Shown here piece by piece: positions 53,030 to 64,000 of a stretch of 64,000 nt of DNA. The position numbers and the translations under genes were made by a program. A model generated the notes under the pieces. The model was given only the letters and a program-made list of their open reading frames with translations, was not told where the DNA came from and did not search any database. Source of the DNA: Chlorokybus atmophyticus (lineage: Eukaryota; Plantae; Mesostigma and Chlorokybus algae); NCBI GenBank assembly GCA_009103225.1, contig RHPI01000810.1:558001-622000 (forward strand). The letters run 5' to 3'. Each line of letters begins with the position of its first letter. The first letter of the stretch is position 1.

Positions 53030-53600
53030 GTGTACAGGATATATGACGTGCTATTAGGCACACGCAGGCAATGCAGCACAACCACTCACAAGCATTACAT
53101 GCACACTAGTACACATTTCACCGCTGTCTCCACCAGGATAATGTACTGCACTAAACTACCAGCTACTAGCCTTCCCCGTTAGACATGCGTGTAAATGCAT
53201 GTTTATCATTACGCGTTTATCATTACCTGCCCACCCGGGCTGCTGTCAGTTGCTGGTGTCAACGGGCAGCATGGCAATCACAATGACGACGACTCCCTCC
53301 CTTTCGCTCTCCCTCTTCCCCGCCACTCTCTGCATCTCGCCACTCCTGCTACGGCCCTGGCTGCCATGCTACCCTAACCCTCGCTGTGTGCTGCCTTCAG
53401 CACTACACGCGCAGGGCCGTTCAGGTGGGAGCTTCTGCTGGTAGATTGGTGTCATTGGCAGTTCGGTGGTGCTGGCAGTCAGGTGCTGGTGGTGGGGTTG
53501 GGTGGTGGGGTTGGATCTGTGTGAACGCAGATCCACCCTTGTCATGTTGTGTGTACAGAAGATGTAATGCCTCATATGTGAGTCATGTCATTCATTCCCT
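53030..53600. repeat. Diverged copy of the dispersed ~600-bp repeat family
   Basis: Shares the ordered blocks with 44090-44660 and parts of 38580-39500. Confidence 0.5.
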
Positions 53601-54659
53601 ACTGCTGTCTTTTAGGGTTGGCTCCCTGCTATGAGTGAATGACAAACGGTTGTACTGCTTGCAACCATGAAATAACTGCTCGGTCAGTGTTTCTGCTCAG
53701 CTTGTCAACTGCGCGAAAGGATGCATCTTGTATCTAATCAATCAAGGCAGCACAATCGCAAGCTCTGGTGGATGTACACCCACAAATGCTTAGGCTTTTA
53801 CATTACAAAGGTGCGAGCACACGAGCACACACCCAAACACACCAGCAGCTCCGACAACACGGGCATTTCAATTACTTGGGCCAGGGCCTACACAAACTGT
53901 GTGCTGTAACTATGTGCGGATGATGTGGGCGGGGGCGAGGTCAGCAGCAGCAGCAGGGCAGGGGATAGGAAAGATAAGCATGTGCAACTTCAACCGCAAT
54001 CAAAATATGTAGGCATTCCCGTATAACACATGCACGACCAGCAATGCATTGAAGGCAAATGTTTGAGCCCAGCTGTTAGCGGGTCACGGCTCCACGTGGT
54101 TCAGTAGTCCCCGTGTGTGACGGTGAATGTGCCCAACCTTGCGTCTGCACTGCTATACCCTATGCACAAACCCTATGCATCTCCGCACAGCGACACAAAG
54201 CACCAATCAATTACAATATGTTTCCTGGCGTAAACACAACTTGGAACGGATACCTCCCAGCATATGGAAGGAAGTCTCCACCATTATAACCTACAAATAG
54301 CCAACAGTGCACGCATTTACCGAGTGTTCCAGACAGGCGCAGAACCCAACAATGCTGTTAACTGCACCACACACAAAGGCACACAACTGTTGAGTGTCAA
54401 ACATTTAAGTGTGGCAACATCATTTGGGTAAGCAGCACGTGCCACAGAAAGTTTGCACATACAAGCACACAATCAAATGTGGCTTACACACAGAGCGTAC
54501 AGAAACCCATCATGACACTCGTGGTTGCCTTTCAAGTTAGCGCCACGGACTAACAACAGCCTTGCTTGAAGTTCGAAGAACTTGTAAAAGCAACTTGCAA
54601 ACGAGAAAATGTTGCAAGTGGGCACTGTTGCCAGCTTAGGTGTCAGTTCACACAGGCAT

Positions 54660-55437
54660 CTAAGCTCGGCTCTTCAGGTACTCCTGGACAACGTTGAGTG
54701 CCTCAGACTCCTCACCATAGTCCTGGGCACAGAAAACTAGCTGTTAGTACTAGGCCGATACAGCAGCCACGCGAGCCACCACAGGCTTGACTGCAGCCGC
54801 TACCTTGATGACGACGCAGGAGCAGCCAACAACCTTGCGAGCCTTGCCCTCCGCATCAATCTTGCAGAGCTGCAGTGCAACAGGTATCAGCTCCATCAAC
54901 GGTGCCGACAACATGATGCTGTGTGCTTTACTCGACTCACTTACCCCTGCCCACTCGCCGAGCTGCTTAGCCTTGGGGACTTGGATCAGGCTGACAGAGT
55001 GCTCCTGGCAGAGGGCCTCGACCAGCTTGGTGTAGTCGGGCTGGTTGCAATCCTCGGCCACAATGCACAGCTGGGCCGTGTGCTTCTCAATGGCCTTCGC
55101 AGCTTCGTGCAGACCGCGCGCGAGGCCGTCGTGAGCCAGACTCTTCTTCAGCACCTGCTGGAGACCGGTCATGATGTCCATGGGCTCACCCGGAGCGGGA
55201 GCGCTGGCCTCGGCGGGCGGCGCATCCTGAACAGGCTCGTCTCTGCGGATGCGGCGCAGCAGATTAGCCTCAGATACAAGGCTGTGCACTGACTCGCATG
55301 CTTCCGTTAAACATGTGTATGTATATGTGTTACTATATATAAGCCGCAGCTCAAGCTGTCGTCAATTGCAAAGCACAGACATGCTGGTATGCAGTAATGA
55401 CTGACATTTTACTGCAATGTGCTCACCCGTCCGACAT
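54660..55437 (-). CDS. RPS12: 40S ribosomal protein S12 (eS12)
   Basis: [38 protein letters not shown]|[22 protein letters not shown]|DYGEESEAL. There is a probable 5'UTR intron at ~55480-55904. Confidence 0.97.
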
Positions 55438-55667
55438 CTTTGGTCCTCAGCAAGCAGTCGATGTGGCTGCCGCCTCGCTGCGCGCAAAAAACCAAATGAT
55501 TATGATTGACCTGTCCGCACCAAGATAGTGCCACACACTACAAATGTCAGATTGCACAGTTTGCCCAGAGGCAAATAATGCATACAGCCTGATCTCCCAA
55601 GCAGCACACATACCAAGCGTGGACGTCCTCGAGTCCTCACCTGTCATTCCCACATGGCAGACACACC

Positions 55668-55735
55668 CGATGTCAGCTCGTACGGTAAGTAACACGGCCA
55701 ACAGAAACACACCAAACCCCACACTCATCATATCG
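55668..55735 (-). ncRNA. Candidate intronic box C/D snoRNA
   Basis: CGAT-ATGATGA (box C, 55731-55725)...48 nt...CTGA (box D, 55676-55673)-C-ATCG, with a 4-bp terminal stem, inside the RPS12 5'UTR intron. No rRNA target recognised. Confidence 0.35.
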
Positions 55736-56241
55736 ATCAACCCTAGCACGCTGGCACACTCGGGCAGTTTGTGCACACACAGAGGCATGCACGACCACTG
55801 CAGCAGCGCTGCCGCAGGGAAATTTGAGCAGACGACTCTCAGGCAAGCACCCAAACAGCCCATGACCAAGCCCACAACACGCCGCCGCCGCCGCCGACAC
55901 CCACCTGTTAGATGCCGCCACGAAGAGCAAAGAGATCGACGGCAGAGGCGGCGGCGACCTAATGGCTGGTTTCGATCCAGGTTTTGTCATTCAGGATCGA
56001 CCAATTGATTCTGACCTGGTTCAGGCGATCTGGCAGCAATCCGGTTGCTTGCTCAACCGTCGTCGGCTGAGGTAGCAGTTTCCCGCCACGTGGAGGGCAG
56101 CGGCGGCGGCGGCGGCGGCGGCAGGGGGGGGAGTGGCCATTGGTGGCTGGAGTGGTGAATTGAGGGTTGTGGTTTGTGTGCAGCTTGGTTGTTGGTTTAC
56201 GATGGTATAGCCTGCGGGTGTGGGAGAGGTTGCCTTCCATC

Positions 56242-59200
56242 ATGGAGTTCGGTCCCGCCACAGACGACGCCGTTAGGGTTGGCACAGGCTCCGCTGCCGC
56301 CGCTCTGGTCAAGGATGAGGAGATTGCTCCTGTCAAGGAGGAGGAGAAGGACTTCTATGCGGCGTCAGCGTACGCCGAAGTGGATAGGGTTAGAATGCTG
56401 GTTGAAGTGGAGGGCGCCAGCGTGAATGCTGCTGACGATAGTGGCCACTATGCCCTGCAGTGGGCTGCTCTGAACAATGCCACTAGTACGGCGCTGTTCC
56501 TAATCGAGGTGTGTTTTCATGTGACATACACGAAGGACATCCAACAATTTGCAATTGGTCGTTGATTTGCCATTGCTGTCACTGCAGAGATTACGGATGT
56601 CGTTTTGAATGGGAACTAAGTCCGAACATTTGCAATGCGTGTGAAGTCTTGTCCTTTTCGTGACAACTGCTCTCTGTCTACTATCAAGAACCGTTGGTGG
56701 GTCCGTGACAATGGTCACGTGCTGTTTACGTCATATGCGGGCATGACAACCGTCTGCACTGCAATCGCTGTGTCATCATGTGTCTTGCCTTCAAACAGAC
56801 ATTGACTTTAACATAATAATGGTTGAAGCATGATCGCGTAACACTGTAGTCGTGAGGCCAACTGCACGACAACACTCAGCCTAGAGCATTTCGTTCTAGT
56901 ATTCCAGGTGTTCCAAACAGCGCTTGATGTGTTGTGCGTATGTCTGCAGCGTGGTGCTGTAGTCAATGCCAAAGACCCCACGGGGCAGACAGCGTTACAT
57001 TGGGCATCAGTGCGATGTTCGTTGGAAGTTGCGGACCTTTTACTTCGCAATGGAGCCAACCTAGAAGCGCGCGACACTAACGGCTACACAGTAAGCAGCA
57101 TGCCTGGCTGCTTTTCTTGGCAAGCTGCAGTCACTCTTGTTATGCATGGCCACAGCTACAGCTGTAGCTGTAGCTGCTTGTTGCACCTTTACTGTCCCAG
57201 GAGACAAACAACTGTTATGTTGCATGTTACAGGTATGCCATGTTGCCGCGCAGTACGGCCATACAGCTTTCTTGTATATGCTTGCAACAAAGTGGAGTGC
57301 AGATGTTGATGTATTGGATAATGACGGCCGCACGCCATTGCATTGGTACGCACTTCGAGCTCACTTGGAACTTTGCTGTGAGATGCTACCTAAGAATGCA
57401 AGCAGAGTGCAAGTCGTTCTGTGTGCTGTGCATGCAGCATTTCCCTGATTGTCTTCTGCTTGCAGGGCTGCGTATAAGGGTTTTCCTGACCCTATTCGGT
57501 TGCTCCTTTTCATGGATGTGCGAATAAACCTGCCAGATAGGGAAGGTATGCGTGACAGCTGGTCCAGATTTTCTGCTCTTCATGCTGTGTGTCCTGATGC
57601 ACATCTGCTATACATGAGTGTCCACGTTTAAGGTGCATCAGTGCATCTGACAGTAAACTCCACGCAGGTTGTACAGCACTGCACTGGGCAGCAATAAGAG
57701 GCAATGGGGAAGCAATTACAATGCTTATACAGGTTGGGTCTTCGGAGCTACTGTCCGCAGCTGACGCAACAGGCTCGACTGCTGCACAGCTTGCTGCAGA
57801 GAAAGGGCACTCATATCTCGCGTCTACAATGGTATGCAGAATGGGCAACCATTGTGGCGTTTCAGCACTGTGCCTCTGGTCTGATCGCAGATCTTTGCTT
57901 TACATTGGTTTTTTAGAGGAAGGCACGACATGCGAAAGACCAGCGTGGCTGTTTTGGTGCTCGCGGACCCTGTGGCTGGGCTGCAAGTTGCGGACTCGCT
58001 CCTGTCATTTGGGCGATCATTGTTGGTCTGGTGCTGTCATTCATTTATTGCGTCATCAATGGTGAGTTGACGTCAACTGATATATGCATGGATCGCTGAT
58101 GCGGCCCTCATCACATCTGTTCTATGCATGCATGGAAGCCACACTGCCTCGGCACGCCCAGTGCCACATTGCTCGCGTCCAACTGCATTGTGTAATCAGG
58201 TGCTGGGTTCGCGCCACTGTCACGTGTGGAAGCCACCTTTGCTTGGCTCGCTGTTGCATTGGCTACTGGTGGGCTTGGACTTCTATATGCTGCATCAAGG
58301 TGGGTTACAGCTTGATGCAATGTAAAGGTGTCTATGCTATGCACATATGCTTTTGAAGCATAAGTATATGTGTGTATAGTTGCCAGTGTTGCGTGCTGAT
58401 AGTATTGTCATGTGCTTGCAACTGATCTCACATTGAGACAATGCTTGCAGCAAAGATCCGGGCTTCATTGACCGCAACGTCAATCCTGCTTCTGGGGAAG
58501 CAACAACGGGGCGGCTTAGTCTGGAAGATGCTGCTGTTGCGTCCGGACAATGGTCCTTGCTGTGCCCCACCTGCAAAATCGTAAAGCCTGTTCGCTCGAA
58601 ACACTGCGCTGTTTGCAACCGGTGCGTAAGCCAGTTTGACCACCACTGCCCGTGGATCGGGAACTGCGTCGGGAAGAACAACAAGTGGCAGTTCTTTGTG
58701 TTCCTGTGTGTGGAGACAGCCGCCATGACTACCGGGATGGTCATGGCAGTGTACAGGCTTTACAATGACTCCCCGAGGCCCTCTGGGACAGGCTCATTCC
58801 TGGAGTTTACCTTCACAGAACATGGGGGCGCCATTGGGTTCATCGTGTTTGACATGTTTATGATGTGGGGTGTGCTGATCCTCACGGTGGTGCAAGGGGG
58901 GCAGATAGCACGCAACTTGACCACCAACGAAGTGGCCAACATGCACAGATACACGTATCTTCACGGCGACAATGGCTTCTTCCGCAACCCGTGGGACAAA
59001 GGCTGCTACCGCAACTGCAAGGAGTTCTTGATATTGGGATACTCTCCCGACGATGCGGTTGTGCCCATCATGCAACCCTCGGCGCAGCACAACATTGACA
59101 TCATGGAGCGCAGCGAAGAAGGGGCGGAAACCACGGAAACAGAGAGGCTGCTGGAGTCGATAGGCGTGCCCCACAACCCGCGCGGGTGCATACCCAAGCT

Positions 59201-59438
59201 CTTTGGGCAAGGCCGTCATCATCATCGCGTGCGCGGCCACGTTCACGGCCCCAGCTGCAATCACAACGGGCACTCCCATGCGTACTCCAATGGTCAATCA
59301 CATTTGGTTGCGCAAGGCCAATCCAAAATTGGCAGCAACTTAGGCGTTAGCGCAATTAAGGCAGATAGCCTGCCCCTTGGACTGGGTTTGGGTCTGCTCA
59401 CACCTGCAAAGACTAAAGACCCAAAACACAGCAGTTGA
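56242..59438 (+). CDS. Ankyrin-repeat DHHC protein S-acyltransferase (PAT23/PAT24-TIP1/Akr1 type)
   Basis: Ankyrin repeats ([47 protein letters not shown]); [40 protein letters not shown]; TTNE motif. Confidence 0.96.
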
Positions 59439-60493
59439 CGCCTGGCAGCCTCGAGGCAAACACCATTTAGCGTGTTGTACCAACACCCTGTACACTTTCC
59501 AGTGCTGGTTTGCAGTGCCAGTATCTTTGTTCAATGTTGCCATGTTGCATTGGGGACTGCAATCTTGGACTTGAGCGAGGGCCGTGCGTTGTGTCGTACC
59601 CTCGTGAGAGGTCAAACTACACTATGCACCTCATTATCACGCCACAGTGCACCCAAATGGGGTCTGTCTCTTCATTACAATACACATAGCGTAGGGCCTA
59701 GATGTAAACTCAGCAAGGCGCGGCAAGCACATGCATGTTTCCGCTTGTCATACGCCACTATGCTTAATAGCCACATGTTGTTGCCACATATAGTTGCATG
59801 CACTGTCGTTGTGATGATGAATACTTGCCCTATGCATGCGCCCTGCCTTCCAGCCAATGGTTGCACCCAGGAACCAGCCCCCCGAGTATAGGTAGCATTC
59901 CTGACGTTGGGTGTATGGAGTATTTATATAGCGTCACACAGCACTGTCCTAAAAATGGCGCTAGCATCCGCCGCAGCACTCGCTAAGACGCCTGTAGGCC
60001 TAATGTCGTCCATTGCCAGCACGTGCACCTGCTGCTCAGCGAAGCGCACACATCCACCTCCAAGACACAGAGAACAGTGTACGCTGTGAAGCACGTACAG
60101 TCTACCCCCTTGAAGAGCATATTGTTTATCCTCCGCTATCTTATGCTCTTGGCGGGGTAATTCTTTTGAAGTCCTAGAGCATAGATACGCTATAAGCGCA
60201 GTTTCATCACGCCCATCACGCCCATTGCATCACGCGTGTTACGTCATGCCCATCGCACCATCACATCGCACCATCATATCTGTCTCGCTAATTGCGCGTC
60301 ACACCTTGCCCATCACGCCATATTTACCACACGCGTCACGCTTTCTGCCATACTCGCCACGTGCTACTCCCCCGACCTTGGTAACCCTCACTAAAAACTT
60401 GCAAGAATTACATGAAATAAAAATATGCTCTTCGCGGTTAAGCATATTCTCTTAGGCACCAACATTTACCTGTATTCCGTTTGGTAATCTCAA

Positions 60494-61270
60494 TTTCTAT
60501 GCAATTCGCGGGGTTATTCTCTTGGAGCGAAGTCTCTTAGCGCCGCTAAATTAGTGGGGGTAAATGTATAGTACCCGCGTACCCAAAGTCGACGATACAT
60601 GTACATGGGTAAAGTACCAAGTGTACTCGTAGGGCAGACTCCAATGCCAGCACGTACAGTACAAAGTACATGTACCTGCGCATGCACAATCTATGTCACA
60701 GCCCACTCGACCATAAAAGACTTGGTGCTTTCATGGTCGATTTATGGTTATTTAATGTACCTTCCCGTTACATTCCCCCCCATCTAAGAACGCTGACGTC
60801 CTCGGCAGCTGCCCCGTTTAGGTGAGGAATCATCCAAGGGGTCTGATAAGGGTCGGTTACCGGCCCCACAACCCCAGGACCGGCCAATTTAGGCCCATAC
60901 CGGTCAACACGCGCATAGCGCACCGCTGCCGGCCCCATAGGTCGCATCGCGACAGGCAGGTGTCCTGTCCTGCCGCGCCAACTGAACGTTGGCGCGACTG
61001 CCGTTAGGCAAGTTGCGACCGATGATGGCACTTATAAATGAAGTGACCATTTACTGGATCGAGAAACAACGACCGCGGAATTCGTGTGCAAGGCAGGGAC
61101 CCAACCCGTGTCTTAAGCTCCGATGACCAATGTCACAGCCCACTCGACCATAAAAGACTTGGTGCTTTTGCGGTCAATTTATGGTTACTTAATGTACCTT
61201 CCCGTAACAATCTACCCCCGCCAAGAGACTTTTCTCCAAGAGAATAACCCCCTCGCTAACACCATAGAAA
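60494..61270. repeat. Inverted-repeat (MITE/foldback-like) target into which TRIM copy 1 inserted
   Basis: Arms at 60494-60542 and 61219-61270, with an exact 18-bp core GGGGTTATTCTCTTGGAG (60510-60527) / CTCCAAGAGAATAACCCC (61234-61251). Confidence 0.6.
60694..61209 (-). mobile_element. TRIM (terminal-repeat retrotransposon in miniature), copy 1
   Basis: 79-bp TG...CA LTRs at 60694-60772 and 61131-61209; 5-bp TSD ATCTA on both sides; PBS-like TGGTCATCGGAGC after the 5' LTR; PPT AGATGGGGGGGAA before the 3' LTR; no ORF. Confidence 0.93.
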
Positions 61271-61577
61271 ATGAACTTATTAAATGGATTACAGTCTGCC
61301 CCCGTTATGGAGAATCACGTTTATTTTAGAGCTTTTCAAGCTATTAACGGGGTTGTTCTTTGGGCGTTTAATTAGGTGTATATACTTTTAATAGGGGTAA
61401 CCCTAACCCTAATCCTGCCAGGAAAGCGCATGAGCATTCACAAAAATCAATATGCTATTAACAAAAGGTGTGCATTTCACATGTATATGACCAGTATTGT
61501 TTTATGTACATCAAGCGACTATATAGCACACAATGTAGTTGACTGTTGTACGACAGCATGCATGCTTAGAGTGTTAT

Positions 61578-62198
61578 TGTAACGGGAAGGTACATCAGAT
61601 TACCACAAATCGACCATAAAAGCACCAAGTCTTTTGTGGTCGAGTAGGCTGTGACATTGGTCATCGGAGCTTGAGACCCGGGTTCGATTCCTGCCTCGCA
61701 CACGAATTCCGCGGTCGTTGTATCTCGATCCAATAACATCGTAAATGGTCACTTCGTAAGTGCCATCATCGATAGGTCGCGACTTGCCTAATGGCAGTCG
61801 CGTCGGACTGACCAGTTCAGTCGGCGCGGCAGGACGCGAGCTGCCTGTCGCGATGCGACCTGTGGGGCCGGCAGCGTTTCGCTATGCGCGCGTTGACTGG
61901 TATGGGCCTGAATTGGCCGGTCCTTGGGCGGTGGGGCCGGTGACCGACTTTAATCAGACCCTAGGGATGATTCCCTAGCTGATGCGAGGACGTCAGCGTT
62001 CTTAAGTNNNNNNNNNNNNNNNNNNNNNNNNNNNNNNNNNNNNNNNNNNNNNNNNNNNNNNNNNNNNNNNNNNNNNNNNNNNNNNNNNNNNNNNNNNNNN
62101 NNNNNNNNNNNNNNNNGGATGTAACGGGAAGGTACATTAGATTACCACAAATCGACCATAAAAGCACCAAGTCTTTTGTGGTCGACTGGGCTGTGACA
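61578..62198 (+). mobile_element. TRIM, copy 2 (same family, opposite orientation; contains an N gap)
   Basis: 79-bp LTRs at 61578-61656 and 62120-62198; 5-bp TSD GTTAT; PBS-like 61658-61670. The internal region is homologous to copy 1. Confidence 0.93.
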
Positions 62199-62886
62199 GT
62201 TATGATACAATAAGCGTTTGTGTGCATGTATGTTGGCGTGCACGCATGCGTAACATATATAGTGAATCTGCTTAAATGTGTACATGAGCATATTGCTTTG
62301 TTCGTGTGAATCTGCTTAAATGTGTACATGAGCATATTGCTTTGTATGTGTGTGCAAGAGCAAGCACCATGCATCTGCGAGGCCATCACCACCAATACAA
62401 GCATTGCAGACTGCACTCGTGCATGCATGGTAAGCACGCTACTCTAACTCGACTGGCTTATCGACTGTGCCACTAGTGCCACAAGTGATAGCATCATGTC
62501 TAGAAGCACCCGCAGTGAAAAGTTCTTTATGGTGGTCTGATGGCCAGCATTAAACAGCTGATGCTTAATGACCACATCGCGCAGCTGCCATAAGGTGATT
62601 TGATGATGCTCTGGGATGGGGCAGTCGTTGGTGGCGATGATTCATCAGGCCTTCAGAAGGCCTGCACACCATCCGAAAACCTCATGCACTGCTATTGTGA
62701 TGCGTGAGGGTGATTCCTCCTCCTCCTCATCTACAACACATGCATTGTGAGTGCCCATTAATACACATACAATCACACATACTGCAAAGAGATCCTCACC
62801 TTCAGCTTCATTAGGCTCAGCGGCAGCTCCCTCAACGCCTCCGACGCTTTAAAGAATGTCCTCAGGATGTCCTGAGGCTCATCGCT

Positions 62887-64000
62887 TCACCCGGCTTCAG
62901 TTGGGAGGGTGTTATCGACGTGAACGAACTCGGGTGGGGAGAGCATCTCCGCACGTGGAATGGGAAGACGCTGCATGATGTCCCCGATCTCCTGCACATC
63001 AGCCTGCTCGCGTGCGTCAGTGTCGGGAGTGGGCGCGTGCCAAGCAGGAGGGGTGATGCCGCTCTTCCTCTTGCAATTCAAGATAGTGATTGCGGTCAGC
63101 TCCCTGTACACCTCGCGCGCGACACCATATAATTGCTTCCCTCAACTGCACTTTCACCGTGCGCAAGTCGGTTGTCGGGTCGGCATCATATTGCTGCAGC
63201 AAGTACTACTTGCGTAGTACGCAACAAGCTTGCGCTTGTACCTGCCACGAACAAAGTAAAAAGCAATACAAACTCTGACGAACAAGGGGGGTCCCGGAGG
63301 AGGGGGGGGGGGNNNNNNNNNNNNNNNNNNNNNNNNNNNNNNNNNNNNNNNNNNNNNNNNNNNNNNNNNNNNNNNNNNNNNNNNNNNNNNNNNNNNNNNN
63401 NNNNNNNNNNNNNNNNNNNNNNNNNNNNNNNNNNNNNNNNNNNNNNNNNCTCAAATTGTTTTACAAGTTCTCCAAATGCAGACTTAGTTTGTTACCAGAG
63501 TAACGCAGCATTACACCAGACCTTGAACGCAGCAATAATGCCTGCGTCAAGAGGTTGAATCTTGCTGGTCATGTTGAGAGGCAGAAACAGACACTTCACA
63601 GTGTCCACCTGAAGCGTCTTGAACCCTTTCTCCGTGCATGCGGCCCTGTACTTGCAGGCGTGGGTGGAAGAGTTGTCGAGCAACAATACATTGCGCTTTT
63701 GCAGCTTCATCTCAAAGGCGAAGTTGCAGAGCCAGCGATTGAAAATCTGCATGAGACAACGCTTAATCACACACGAACTTACAATCACACATGTGGACTT
63801 GCAGTTTGCACTAACAGACTTGCCAACTAGCAATAGTGCCAAACACCTTACCTCAGCGTTCATCCAAGCCTTCTTGTTGTTCTCGTATTCCACACCAATG
63901 CGGATGGAAGTCCATGTGCCCTTAAAAATCCTAGGTCTTTTAGCCATACCAATCAGCAAAAGGGGACACTTCTCGGAGCCGTCGGCATTCACACACAATG
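62887..64000 (-). pseudogene. pogo/Tigger-like (DDE_1) Tc1-mariner transposase remnant, running off the window end
   Basis: CVNADGSEKCPLLLIG, YENNKKAWM, VLLLDNSSTH, FLPLNMTSKIQPLDAGIIAAFK. Frameshifted LREAIIW..ELTAITILNC.RKSGI follows the gap. In-frame GT-AG intron at 63851-63747. Confidence 0.9.

Larger units (their letters stand above)
10893..63449. other. Assembly gaps (N runs) at 10893-11245, 25521-25545, 39602-39786, 42333-42459, 62008-62116, 63313-63449
   Basis: Seen directly; most abut G or C homopolymer runs. Confidence 1.

Noticed and set aside
61395-61412. Interstitial telomere (AACCCTAACCCTAA)
   Set aside because: Only about two units; compatible with chance or a telo-box.
61630-61705. 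tRNA gene at the TRIM LTR junction
   Set aside because: A/B boxes and a T-arm are present, but there is no acceptor-stem pairing or anticodon arm; treated as a promoter-like motif only.

Overview
Eukaryotic, intron-rich green-algal genomic DNA with short GT-AG introns and plant-type gene families. The placement as an early-diverging streptophyte alga is inference only. The window has six N-gaps. Twelve spliced host genes can be built by hand: chloroplast ribose-5-phosphate isomerase, an HGSNAT-like acetyltransferase, DCN1, sterol C5-desaturase, an RH47-like DEAD-box helicase, SRP14, a FLK/PEP-like 3xKH protein, a tandem CMD/AhpD-fold protein, a golgin GC5/TMF1-like coiled coil, SDH1, RPS12e and an ankyrin-DHHC S-acyltransferase. 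Mobile DNA is abundant. The main observation is an approximately 11.2 kb element (1673-12849) with inverted termini and a candidate 3-bp TSD. It encodes a decayed AcademX-type protein (DDE transposase + XPG/PIN nuclease + Cys8 finger) and carries an intron-containing cargo gene fusing a Tudor domain to a small phage-type C5 cytosine DNA methyltransferase. Also present: a hAT remnant with a perfect 8-bp TSD; two 79-bp-LTR TRIM mini-retrotransposons with 5-bp TSDs, whose LTR/PBS junction forms a tRNA-spaced Pol III A-box/B-box; a nested foldback element; a dispersed ~600 bp repeat family; and an intron-containing pogo/Tigger-like transposase remnant. All family assignments come from motif recognition by eye; no database searches were run.
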